Notes: a model not told the origin generated them from the sequence alone. A stretch of 64,000 nt of DNA from Octopus sinensis (GCF_006345805.1 NC_043012.1:32302001-32366000); one strand, 5' to 3'; shown: positions 48,891 through 60,669, numbered from the stretch's first letter. Translations and numbers: made by a program.

Positions 48891-49683
48891 TAAGCGGTTT
48901 AAGCATCCATGCTTCTCTTATGTTATATATTATAGCGTATATTTCTAGTTAGTTTGTTTACAGTTAATGCAACGCTACTTATTATGTTTCCTATTTGGAA
49001 ATAGATAAAATTATTTGGCTTTTAAAGTAAGGATGTATATAATGATAAAACCATCACTTATAACTTACTTAAGTGTTATCATTATACGCAAATCCGAACT
49101 GTAGTTACATAAACACCATAGAGAAATATACTTTCTGGAACACTAACAAACATTAGCGAGAATGTACGTTGAATATATTTTCGTGTTCTTTTAACCACTA
49201 TAAGAAAATACAATTTAATAATTTTTTATATATAAGTTGAAGAACGTGAAGAAAGAGAAAACATTTTCTTAATTAATTTTTATTATATACATATAGCATC
49301 TTTATATTATATACATTTTAAAGAAAAGTAAAATTCGTCGTAGAGAATTACGACTATATATTTTAACTATCTAATTTCTCATTCAAGCTAATATTGAATC
49401 TCAACAATTCAAAGAAGACTTGTTGGATTTTCCTTGGACATGGCATGAAAAATCACCAATGTCTCAAAGGAGTGAGTGTCGTGGAGTTTAGTTACATCCA
49501 ACAAACACTGATGATTTTTTATTACCCATAAAGGGCTACACAGAGGAGACAATACAAGCATTGGAGACATAAAACATCACAATTACACAAAGTATGAAAA
49601 TGAAAATGAATTAATGAAAGCGATGCTAACGGCCCCATCCGCTAGCATCACTTAACTGTTCTTCCTTATACCGGAATGAAATA

Positions 49684-50965
49684 CGAGGGGCGTTCAATAA
49701 GTAATGCCCCTGACCCTCTTGCATTTTTTTGATCTAGCTGAAATTTTGCATGTGCAATTATTTATATCTCTATAGATTAAGTGGCAAATTACAGCTCTGA
49801 ACTAATTGTGGTTTCCGATTTACAGGTGTTTGAACTGAGTCAAGTGTGAAATGGAGCATGTTGAGTGTCGAGCAGTGATCTGGTTTTTGTATTTGAAAGG
49901 ACTCACACCACGGGAGACTTTTGATGAAATGAAAGTAACTTATGGTGATGATGCCCCATCATATGACCTTGTAAAACGCTGGCATCGTGAATTCAAACAT
50001 GGTCGGAACTATGTGGAAACAGCTCCCAGATCTGGTCGCCCCCTTCTGCCATTGATGAGGCATCTGTCTGTCAAGTTGAGGCTGCCATTTTGGAAGATCG
50101 ACGCATAACTATTCGCCAAATAGCCCATGAGGTCAAGATTAGTACCGGGTCTGTGGAAACTATCATTCATGACCATTTGTATATACAAAAGGTGTCTGCC
50201 AGATGGATTCCCAGGTTGCTCACACCTTTCCAGAAGCAAGAACGCGTCAATTGCTCGAGGATGAATTTAGAGATGTGCCAAGAAGATGAGCCACAATTTT
50301 TCAAAAGACTGATTGCATAGGATAAAACCTGGGTCCATCACTATGATCCAGAGACCAAAGCCCAGTCAATGCAGTGGAAGCACCGTGACTCACCCCCTCC
50401 AAAGAAGGCAAGGGTGCAGCCCTCCGCTGGCAAGGTCATGCTTACAGTCTTCTGGGACCAGGTCGGAGTAGTGATGACAGATTTCCTGGCAAAGGGTGCC
50501 ACAATTACAGGAGTCTATTATGCTTCACTTTTGAGGAAATTAAGAGAAGTTATCAAAATCAAGAGGCGGGGCAAGATCAGCAAAGGCATCCTCCTCTTGC
50601 AGGACAACGCTCCGATCCACAACTCGCGTGTCGCCAGATCAGAAGCACAGGCGTGCGGCTATGAACTCATCCCCCATCTCCTGACCATGCACCCTCTGAT
50701 TTTCACCTCTTCCCAGCCATGAAGTTGTTTTTGAAAGGAAAGCGTTTCCCAGATGATGCAGCCTTGATTTCTGAAGTCACGTCGTGGTTGGAGGACCAAG
50801 CTGGGGTCTTCTACAAAAACGGTCTTCAGAGCTGCATCAAACGGTGGGAGAAATGCGTAACTCTGGGTGGTTCCTATGTAGAAAAAGGCTAATAACTGTT
50901 CCAAGTTTCGTTGCTCTACTGCTATGGGAAGTGGGTCAGGGGCATTACTTATTGAACGCCCCTCG
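49684..50965 (+). mobile_element. Second copy of the irritans-type mariner, defective (frameshifts, TAG at 50318-50320, small deletion), TA TSD
   Basis: Same TIRs and a closely similar transposase to 30717-32009, in opposite orientation. Confidence 0.95.
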
Positions 50966-51006
50966 TACATATAGTCCTCTCGTTTAGATTCAAATATTTT
51001 TTTCCA

Positions 51007-52143
51007 TTATTCTCTCTTTTTCAATTTTATGCCTAACCAATTTATAGTTTTCTTTGAAAATTTTTCCCTAAGTTCTTTTACATGGTCTTCCGAAATTACT
51101 GCGTGCATTATCCCTGCCTTGTCCCAGCTGTCATTCCATTTCACTTTTCCCCGTTCTTTCATTATTTCCCGTATTTCTTCTGAGTTCCAAATACCAAGAA
51201 TATTGGGCCTAGGATTTTTAAAGTTATATTGTGTGTTTGCTGTCTCTTTTTTTTTTTGTTTTCTTGTTGGTGGGGAGCTGGTGGGTTCACTGTCTGTAGG
51301 GGAAGGGTGGGCCTCAGAGGGTGCGGGTGGTATTGGGGTGGGTTGGGGTTCAGAACGATTTGCTTTTCTCCTTCTCCTTTTCCTCCTCCTTCCGACGTCT
51401 TCCCATTCTTTTGGTAATTCTTCCTCTTCCGTTGTATTCTGCTCCTCCTCGGTTACTACATCTCTCTGTGGTTCCAATCTTATTTCCTTTGATGGGGGAG
51501 GGCAGTTAGCTCTTATGTGGCCATTCTGGCCACACTTGTAACATCGAGGAGCTCTACCCTCCACCCACACTCTCATAATAATGTTTCTCATTTTAATGTT
51601 TTCTGCTAGTTGCTCTAGCACCTCAGTTTCCGCCTGTACATTCATTTCAGGAACTGCACCTTTCCCGCCTCCCTCATCCTTCACCGTGGCATGAAGAATG
51701 TCCACCTCCTCCTCGCAACCACTGATGATGGCTGCCACAATCCATTCGCCATCGATATCAGGCGGTTTTCCCTCCACCCTGATCCGGATCGTCCTCCTTC
51801 CCAGATACGAGGGCAGAAGGAATACCTTCTCCGTCTTCATTGTCTTCGCCACCATTCTTCTAGCTACTCTTTCATTTTTAAACTGAACCACCACGGTACT
51901 AAATCCAACACCTCTTGCCAGAAATACTATTTCCTCTTCTTTCCTTTTCAGAGCTTCTTCAATTACTTCCATTCCAACTAGCTCGATTTTCCTTTTTTCA
52001 TTTGCGTAAACCCTGTACGTGATGGTTCTTTTTTCATACCATTCTTTCCTTTTTTGTGGCGGTGACAATTCCACTTCACCGCCGACCTTTTTGACGAAAT
52101 CCTGATAACTTGGCAACTTGGCTAGGTCTATTTCTTTCTCCAC
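51007..52143 (-). CDS. Tx1/L1-type ORF1 protein (RRM-like region plus CCHC zinc knuckle); 378 open codons, N-terminus probably damaged
   Basis: RIRVEGKPPDIDGEWIVAAI...VWVEGRAPRCYKCGQNGHIRANC. The track start is GTG; an in-frame TGA at 52156-52158 and a likely frameshift separate it from ATGs at 52271-52276. Confidence 0.78.
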   Translation of the reverse strand: MEKEIDLAKLPSYQDFVKKVGGEVELSPPQKRKEWYEKRTITYRVYANEKRKIELVGMEVIEEALKRKEEEIVFLARGVGFSTVVVQFKNERVARRMVAKTMKTEKVFLLPSYLGRRTIRIRVEGKPPDIDGEWIVAAIISGCEEEVDILHATVKDEGGGKGAVPEMNVQAETEVLEQLAENIKMRNIIMRVWVEGRAPRCYKCGQNGHIRANCPPPSKEIRLEPQRDVVTEEEQNTTEEEELPKEWEDVGRRRKRRRRKANRSEPQPTPIPPAPSEAHPSPTDSEPTSSPPTRKQKKKETANTQYNFKNPRPNILGIWNSEEIREIMKERGKVKWNDSWDKAGIMHAVISEDHVKELREKFSKKTINWLGIKLKKRE

Positions 52144-52697
52144 TGCCCTTGTCGCTCACGCGTATGTGGTCCCTAGTTCTTTATCTATCTTCTTTACAGC
52201 CCTTTCTAAATTCCTCCTCAGAGGTCGACAGATCCGACACAATGAGATTTTCAAACATATTTCGCCTTGCCATCATTCCCTTAGGGAGGGGCAGACCGCT
52301 TCTTCCTTGTCTCTCTCAATACAGACAGACAAAAATTTTAAAAAACCGTTTAACGTTTAACAAAATCAACAATATCATTCAAAACAGCCACTCACAGGTT
52401 CAAAAAACACGTCCAAGCCAAACTGACATCCAACAAACACTGAAGTTTTTTTTCCCAAAATCCAGGGTTTTTATAACTGCTCAATTTGACTTCAAAGAAT
52501 CGAAATTACATGCAAATATTCTTTAACTGATTCTTAGTATTCCTATATGAGCAGTTATATTAACCGATGGAAAAACGACAATAATATTTCTTCGGCAATA
52601 CATTATGTCATATTGTCTGCTACCACAAATTGGCGCCTTATTTAAAAATGGCTACTTGCCAGTAAAATTGTTAAAATTTTGCGAAAAAGAAATTCAT

Positions 52698-54280
52698 AAT
52701 ACACATATTTGGTGTAATATTTCTACAGGTTTTTCGAGACCATTTGTGCCTGAAAAGCATAGAAAAGTTGTTTTTTCTAGCTTACATAATTTATCTCATC
52801 TCGGTATAGAAGCTTCATTGAAATTAATATCAAGTCGTTTTGTTTGACCTGGTATGAATAAAGATATTCGTTCTAAACACTTCAGACATCTTCTCGGAGG
52901 TAGGTCATTTACTTTATTTACTGACCATAAACCGTTAACATGTGCATTAAAAAGCTCTTCGGAGGAATATTCTCCAAAGAAATTAGACACCGTGATTTTA
53001 TTTCACAATTTACTGTGGATGTACGGTATATCAAGGGTGTTGAAAATTCTGCAGCAGATGCACTTTCTAAAATGAATGTAGATGCATTAAATTCACTAAA
53101 CACTATAAATTTGGAAGAAATATCTAAGGATCAAATTGCGGTTAAAGAATTTTCTTTATATAAAAATTCCAGTTCAACTTCTTTAAGATTTAAATTGTTG
53201 CCGATCCATTCGTGTAATACACATATTTGGTGCAATATTTCTACAGGTTTTTCGAGACCATTTGTGCCTGAAAAGCATAGAAAAGTTGTTTTTTCTAGCT
53301 TACATAATTTATCTCATCCAGGTATAGAAGCTTCATTGAAATTAAAATCAAGTCGTTTTGTTTGGCCTGGTATGAATAAAGATATTCGTTCCTGGGACAA
53401 ATCATGTATGCAGTGTCAAAAATCAAAAGTACATCGTCATATCAAAGCACCATTAGGCACATTTGCAAATCCAGATGCGAAATTCCAACAACTCCACATC
53501 GATATAGTTGGACCCATAACTCCATGTGAGGATAATATATATTTGTTGACGTGTATAGATCGTTTCTCGCGATGGCCGGATGCTTATCCGATCAAGGACG
53601 TATCTTCAGTAACTATAGCAGAAACCTTATTTACTAATTGGATGTCGAGATTTGGCATACCTATAGTGATCCTATACAACAGCGCGCGCGCAACGCCCTC
53701 TCGCGAATACACGAAGTCCGGAAGAGGGAATTTTGCTGACGTGGCCTTAGCTTATTTAGGCGAAGGGAGCGCGAGCCTTAACAAAGAGGCAAGGGAGCGC
53801 GAGCCTTAACAAAGAGGCAAGGGAACGTAAAGCGTTGACCATTAGCGTCCGGCAGACAGCGGCAGGCTTTTCATAGAAGCAGACGTTTAATTCGCTCTCT
53901 CTCCGGTTTTGATAGCAGCAGTCTTTTGGCCGAAGACTTTTAACCTGAATTGTTGCAGACAACATCATCTTCTTCCTCTGGACGCCATTTTTGACCCGTT
54001 CTGTTTTTAGCGGCTGAACATTGTAAATATTACAATCGATTAACTTTCAGCCTTGCGCGCCCAGAACCAAGGATATCAGATATACCACTGATCTCTCACC
54101 ATAAAACAATAAAGTATATCTATTTTTTACGTCTGCGTTTTGTGTTTCTTTGACTGGTAGAGTCTGGATATAAAAGCAACGGAAAGTGATTGCTTCTCGC
54201 ACCCCCCCCCCAAAGGTCCGGAGAAGATATTCACATTTCCTTACATACCCAACACAGTGACAACAGATCGTGGTAGACCT
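52698..54280 (+). mobile_element. Ty3/Gypsy RNase H-integrase remnant with an internal 176-bp duplication, interrupted by a solo LTR
   Basis: FTLFTDHKPL, KGVENSAADALS, H-X4-H...CMQC, LHIDIVGP, IDRFSRWP, FGIP/NTVTTDRG. Confidence 0.88.
53662..54245 (+). mobile_element. Probable solo LTR (584 bp) with 4-bp TSD TACC
   Basis: Excising it restores the integrase frame FGIPNTVTTDRG. Ends are T(A)TAG...TTACA, with AATAAA inside and a GC-rich ~27-bp tandem duplication. Confidence 0.65.
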
Positions 54281-56346
54281 GGTACGGAGGTTTATCTTTG
54301 GCACAAACCCAAACTGCATCTCGCCTAGACTGACTCTCTTCCTAATTAGTTGGGCTATGACTCTCTCTGTAACTTTCCTTACCTGATATTATATATATAT
54401 ATATATATATATCATCGTTTAACGTCTGCTTTTCATGCTAGCATGGGTTGGACGATTTGACTGAGGGCTGGCGAATCAGATGGCTGCACCAAGCTCCAAT
54501 CTTGATCTGGCAGGGTTTCTACGGCTGGATGCCCTTCCTAACGCCAACCACTGCGAGAGTGTAGTGGGTGCTTTTATGTGCCACCGGCACGGGGGCCAGT
54601 CAGGCGGTACTGGCAATGACCTCGCTCGAATCTTTTTACACATGCCACCGGCGTGGGCGCCAGTAAGGCGACGCTGGTAACGATCATGCTCAAATGGTGC
54701 CTTTTATGTGTCACTGGCACAGAAGCCGGTTTGCCGCTCTGTCAACAGTCACACTCATGGTGCTCTTTGCACCCCGCTAGCACAGATGCCAGTCATTGAA
54801 TTTGATTTCGATTTCACTTGCCTCAACAGGTCTTCGCAAGCAGAGTTTAGAATATATATACACACACATACACACCACTGAGGCATACAATTACGTCAGT
54901 ACCTTTCCCTTTAGTGGTCACCCCCTCCTTCAGTGTGTGTTTGTATGAATGCACTTACAAACCTGCTATGCTTTATTGTCCATTTCTTTTCTCATTGTTT
55001 ACTGTTACATATCTTGATGTTTCAGCAATGTAGATATTTCCTTTTGGTTAAATGTCATTCTTTTGTCTACTTCCAGGCCATATGTAATCTTATAGGATTA
55101 AAACAACAAACTTTGAAATATATCCTGTCAATTGTAAGTTGGAAGTCAAGAGCCAAAGCTAATATATTGTGCTTATTGAAGTTACAATTTTGGGTTTACT
55201 GAAGACATTCCAACTGAATCTAAAATCTTGTGCCAAATAAAGCTACGGTCATGTGTCTGTTGAATTTAATATACGAAGTTAGCTTGTAAAGCTAAGATTT
55301 TTATAGCTGCTGAAGTTTAAATAGTTGAGCATTCTACCTTAATCTTAATCTGAAAAATAATGATTTCTTTCCATTGAGCACAATACCTAATTTTCAATGC
55401 AGATTGGTGGTTAATGATTCTTAGAGGGAAATGAAAGTCAAAGGAGGCCTCGACCAGGATCTAAATACCACTCACAGCATTGCACACACTTGGTAAATCT
55501 CTTTGAATTCTATCCTTTTCCATCCCTCCAGATCCACCATCTTGTACACACACACACTCACACACACATACCAAGGGCAATTGAAACTTCGATCAGTTCA
55601 AACCAACAAAGCTACCAGTCCTAATAATGTCCCTTCCGTTATTCTCATTGTACTTCAGAGCTAGTTTCTATACATCTATACACACCAAACTCTTTTATTT
55701 CCTACTCTCTATAGGGATCTAACTTTATCTTTGAAGACATGCTACAGCGTATGTGTGTGTGTGTGTGTTTGTGTCCTTCTCTAAAATGTAGCCTCTCTGA
55801 CCCTGCTAACTGTCACTCTATTGCACTATAAATATCTCTAAGGTGATGATGTCAGCCATTAGCTACAACATCCATCTCTCATTCTCCCCCTCAACTCTTC
55901 TCGGTTTCTTTCCCTCTTTTTATTTTCAGAATGGTTCCTCTAAAGTCAAATCCACAGGTGACCTACTCTCCTCTGTCACTCACCATTGCTCTCTTGTCTT
56001 GAAGGAATCTGGCGAAAGTAATACTGTTGCCATCAACATCCATAAAGCTTTTGCTAGGTTTGGCATGACTATCTCCAACCAAAACCTCCTGTTGATGGCA
56101 AGAGACTCTGCTGGTGGCAAGGAGCCCTGTTGCTGTCAAGAGCTTCTGTTATTGATGGGTTCCACCCATCTCTCATCTCATAAATTTGTATCTTCCTATC
56201 AGACTGCACTATTGCTATTTGTTCCTCTTTCTACTAGCTCAGATGTACTCCATGATTCACTTCTGTCCTCCACTCTCTTCCTTCTATACATCAATAACTT
56301 ATTTGTGGCTACATACATTAACATCAATCCTTACACAGATATAGAG

Positions 56347-56490
56347 AATACCAAACGAGTTCCCTATGGATACCGTATTTATTACAACGAGTGGCTTGTA
56401 AACGTATCTAACTCGCTTTCGCTCGTTAGATACGTTTACAAGCCACGAGTTGTAATAAATATGGTATCCATAGGGAATGAGTTTGGTATT
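56347..56490. repeat. Imperfect palindrome, 70-bp arms, TTTC loop
   Basis: 56347-56416 pairs with 56421-56490; mismatches cluster at GA/TC swaps. Confidence 0.92.
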
Positions 56491-56586
56491 TTATTTATTA
56501 CACACGAATAAACGACCCTATTTTATTAACCCAATAACTAAATTCTTCACGTTTAGTTGTAACTTACGAATGACAAAAGTAGTGCC

Positions 56587-56690
56587 GTCACCGTGACCTC
56601 AAGTCATCACCATGGATTGACCAATCAGAAGCAGCGCTGTCACCGTGACCTCGGGTCATCACCATGGATTGACCAATCAGAAGTAGCGCT
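56587..56690 (+). repeat. 52-bp tandem repeat x2, each unit with a CCAAT box
   Basis: gtcaccgtgacctc..gtcatcaccatggattgaCCAATcagaag.agcgct occurs twice. Confidence 0.9.
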
Positions 56691-57459
56691 CGCAGTATCT
56701 GACATATGTTAGATACCAAAAATATCTCAAAGTGTTCTCACTCACATGTGTGTAATAATATACTATTCTACATTGTTCCCCAATATTCTTCAGTCAAGAC
56801 ACCACATGTCAAACACACACTGATTCCATGAACAGAAATCTTAAAAGTACCCTCCAAAGGGGATATGGCCATCTTGTTTCTTTCAATAGCAATACATAAA
56901 TATTACATCCGCTCCCTTAATCTCGAGCAGTATTCAGAGTCCACAAAACTGCTGATTGTTGGTTCTCACAACCCCCAGTGATCTTTCTTAGGGAAAGCAC
57001 AGCCTTAACACAGAACTATATCTCAATGACTGGTCCTTCTTTTCAGGGTCAGAAGATACTCTAGCCTCAAACAATTATTGATATCCTATAAAGCTTAGGG
57101 GAATTCCACAATGGACTGTTGTTTTCACATGAGGAACAGTGCTGCTGCTGCAAACATAGATGTCCTAGACATTTATCCAGAATAGGGCCACCCTTCTAAT
57201 TGATACTATGTCAATCACAGATATGTTATAGTCTCTAGCCTACAGGCATGCCGTGTCTCCACTTTCTGCCTTTGCTACTGCTATAATAATTGCTCCTGCT
57301 CCTTGGAGATGGCTGAACTTACGTTATTTTCCTATATAAAAAGACATAAGTTCCTTCTTTATGTGAATGTTATTGTTTATATATAAATTTATTTTACATA
57401 TTGTACACATGTATGCATCTTAACATAATGCATTCTGTTGTGTTGTATATATATATATA

Positions 57460-58222
57460 TCATCATCATCATCATCATCATTTAACGTCCGCTTTCCATG
57501 CTAGCATGGGTTGGACGGTTCACTGGGGTCTGGGAGCCGAAAGCTGCACCAGTCCAGTCAGATCTGGCAGTGTTTCTACAGCTGGATGCCCTTCCTAACG
57601 CCAACCACTCCGAGAGTGTAGTGGGTGATTTTATGTGCCACCGACACAGGTGCCAGACGAGGCTGGCAAACGGCCACGCTCGGATGGTGTTTTTTATGTG
57701 CCACCGACACAGGTGCCAGACGAGGCTGGCAGACGGCCACGCTCGGATGGTGTTTTTTATGTGCCACCGACACAGGTGCCAACGAGGCTGGCAGACGGCC
57801 ACGCTCGGATGGTGTTTTTTATGTGCCAACCGACACAGGTGCCAGACGAGGCTGGCAAACGGCCACGATCGGATGGTGCTTGTTACGTGCCCCAGCACGG
57901 AGGCCAGTCGATGCGGTACTGGCTACGGCCACGTTCGGATGGTTTTCTTATGTGCCACGTGCCACCGGCACTGGTACCACAAAGATACAAATTCCATTGA
58001 TGTTCATCTATTTTGATTTGTTTTGATTTGATTTTGATTTTCACTTGCCTCAACAGTCTTCACAAGTGTCACAAGAAGGAAGGTATGCACAGGTGGACTG
58101 ACTACGTCCCAGGTAGAGGCCATGGGTTATGGCCTGACTAGTCTTGCCGGGTCTTCGGATGGTGTTTTTATGTGCCACTGACACAGGTGCTAGATGAGGC
58201 TGGCGAACGGCCACGATCGGAT
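57460..58222 (-). mobile_element. RTE 3'UTR copy with an expanded ~63-bp internal tandem array
   Basis: Units start near 57631, 57694, 57757, 57819, 57883 and 57948. Confidence 0.85.
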
Positions 58223-58619
58223 GTATATATATATATATTATATATATATATATATACGAGCAAAATACCCACCCACCCACCCAATGGACGGTGCTGAGTT
58301 GTCAAACATTTAAACCAAATTTTTTCAAAACAACTTGTCCGACCGTCCCATAGGCCTCCCCTTTGAGAAACATTGATTTAACCTAAATTTGAGACACCAG
58401 CAAAAGCAGAAATAAAGATAGACTTTTTTCTATTCTAAAGAAAAACGATTTTAATGCAAATATTGCACGATTAAAAAGCAAGCAAATAGTCTTTTGTTTC
58501 ACCTTGAAATAAAGCTTAAACAATCTTGATTGAATACAATAATGGTTTTCTTTCACTAAAAAACACCCTTTTTTTTGGTTTGAAGCTGTAAGGCAACAAA
58601 AATCATTTATTAGCAAGAA

Positions 58620-59303
58620 AATGTTTTTCAGCTCCATTTCTAGTTTTAACAGTGCAATCACCGTGTCTTCAAATGGTTCCTTATATTTTGGAGTTAGCCT
58701 AGACAACCCGTCTGCATGTCCCATTTTCTTTGATGGCAAAAATTCCTTCTGAAATTCACAGTTCAACAGGGTAATCCCCCAGTGCTATAAACTGTTTGCT
58801 GAATGCGTGGGGATACCTTTTTGAACCGAAAATAGACTAACAGTCGGTGATCAGTCTAAAGTGTAAACTTCCTACTGTGTAGGAATTTATGGAATTTCTT
58901 TACTGTGAAAATTAATGATAAAGCCTCCTTTTCGATCTGGTTGTAGGTTTTTTTTCTGCTACTAGGAGAACTCTTGATGCATGTGCAATACCTTTGATTT
59001 TACACATTAAATTTATGCAATATCACAGCTCCTATTCCATATTCACTGGCATCTGACGCCACAATTCTTTTCAGGTTTGGGTCAAAATAAGTTAATGATA
59101 ATTCTGATGTTAACCTTTTTTTTTAATTCCTCGAATGCTTTCTGACATTCGTTTGTCCAGTCCTATTTTCTCCTCTCCATACACACGCAAGCATGTATCT
59201 GACTCATACACTGTTCGCTTTCCAGACATTTGTACATTACTACATATACTTTTTATGCACTTTTGACAAGTTGTGGTGCACCTGAGCACTGTATACAATA
59301 ATT

Positions 59304-59342
<39 letters not shown>

Positions 59343-59480
59343 TATTATTATTTCATTGTCTTTCTTTAACAAATTATTCAACAGAGTTCTTAACTCATAC
59401 ATTTTAGGAATATACAGCTGGTAATAACTTACCAGACCTAAAAATGCCTGTAATATTGCTTTGTTAGTGGGAGCAGACAT
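58620..59480 (-). mobile_element. Ty3/Gypsy RT-RNase H fragment (second family) interrupted by a CR1 3' end (59166-59351, +)
   Basis: LQAFLGLVSYY, WTNECQKAFEELK, IVASDASEYGIGAVI, HADGLSRL. Confidence 0.82.
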
Positions 59481-60430
59481 ATTATTTTATCACACCGACC
59501 GTAGAAGGGTTCGGTTTTCATTCATTTTCATCGATCATCTGTCCCAATATCATATTCGCTTCTCTCCTCCACCTTCTTTCCTCCTGACTTCTCTCCTTCA
59601 CCACCTCCTGTTTCTGGGGACACCCTGCCTTCATGTGCCCCCCCCCCACTCCGCATCTAAAGCACATTGGCGGTCCACCCTCACCATGACTCCCAGTCTG
59701 GTCCCATCGAACAGGACCATCTCTTCTGTCATTTTGTGTAGGTCAGGCAGGCTGACGAGTACCATCACTTCCAGGCCGTACCCCCACCAGTTGACCCCCA
59801 CTGCCCTTGACACCCTCAACATCTCCCCCCTCTCCCCCGCATTGTAGAGGACAGCCGCCACAAGCCAGTCCTTGCCCATTTCTGGTGGCACTCTCCCCAT
59901 TCTCACTCTGGCCGCACGTCCGCCACAGCAAGTAGGTAGGAGCACCCACTGTGCCGCTCTCAAAGCTACGGTGGAGTACCTCCACCGCGCCAAACCGTCA
60001 TCCTCTGCTACAGAAAGTCATCCCCTCCCCAACTTCCTTCAAACACTCCTCCACCTCTTCAACTCCTCTTGTGTTTATGTTCAGCATTTGGTAAGTGATC
60101 ACTTTCCCTTCTGACCCCACTGCCACGTCCCTGGGGGGTGCTAGTCTCAAATATCCTCCCTCCCTCCTCAACAGGTCCCCAAACCTCCTGCAATCCGTAC
60201 CCCCACCCCCACTTCCAGCCCCCACACCTGCAACAGCTCCGCTGACAGGCTCACTCTTGCCAGTCACTGCAGCACAACTTCCTGCTTGTACTGGTCTATT
60301 TTCCATGTTATTTACCACTTCACACACAAATGGGAAAGACAAATAAAAATCCCAACAAATCAGGAAATAGCAGGTTAAGTTCTCACATTTCAACTCACTC
60401 AAAAACATCAACGACATCGTAATAACACTG
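59480..60430 (-). mobile_element. Diverged, decayed Tx1-type ORF1 element without visible ORF2
   Basis: YSTVAL..LLPTCCGGRAARVRMGRVPPEMGKDWLVAAVL and CFRCGVG/GHMKAGC are homologous to 51007-52143. The 5' end starts CAGT. Confidence 0.65.
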
Positions 60431-60669
60431 TCAACTCAATGCATTTATTACACTTAACAATACGCAACTCTCTGCACATGTCCATTTATAATGTGGCACA
60501 GTCCATTAGGAGCCAACCAAATAGGGGTGTTCTACTTCCACACAACATATTCAATTGCAATATTTTAAAGCAAAAATTCTGGGCAACTCACTGAACATCA
60601 TTCATGTATTGACTAGTTAACAGCTTAGACTTGATAAATTATGACAGGAAGAAACTTATAATATTGTAT

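Larger units (their letters stand above)
49512..52425 (-). mobile_element. Complete ORF1-only (HAL1-like) Tx1-type non-autonomous retroelement, ~1.63 kb after removing a nested mariner; 18-bp TSD
   Basis: Exact direct repeat ACATCCAACAAACACTGA at 49494-49511 and 52426-52443. Starts CAGT, has one gag-like ORF1, a ~200-nt 3'UTR and an AATAAA/A-rich end, with no ORF2 between the TSDs. Confidence 0.8.
55920..57300 (+). mobile_element. Highly degraded CR1/Jockey-group RT, interrupted by a palindromic element
   Basis: STGDLL, INIHKAF, LLSSTLFLLYINNL (degenerate QGSVLSPTLF..INDL). Confidence 0.55.

Noticed and set aside
30717-50965. Composite transposon of two inverted mariners carrying the membrane-protein gene
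   Set aside because: The second mariner sits inside the ORF1-only element, whose TSD pair spans the would-be outer boundary intact. The copies inserted independently.
57628-57975. CRISPR-like array
   Set aside because: The units are contiguous tandem repeats without unique spacers, lie inside an RTE 3'UTR, and have no cas genes in a eukaryotic context.
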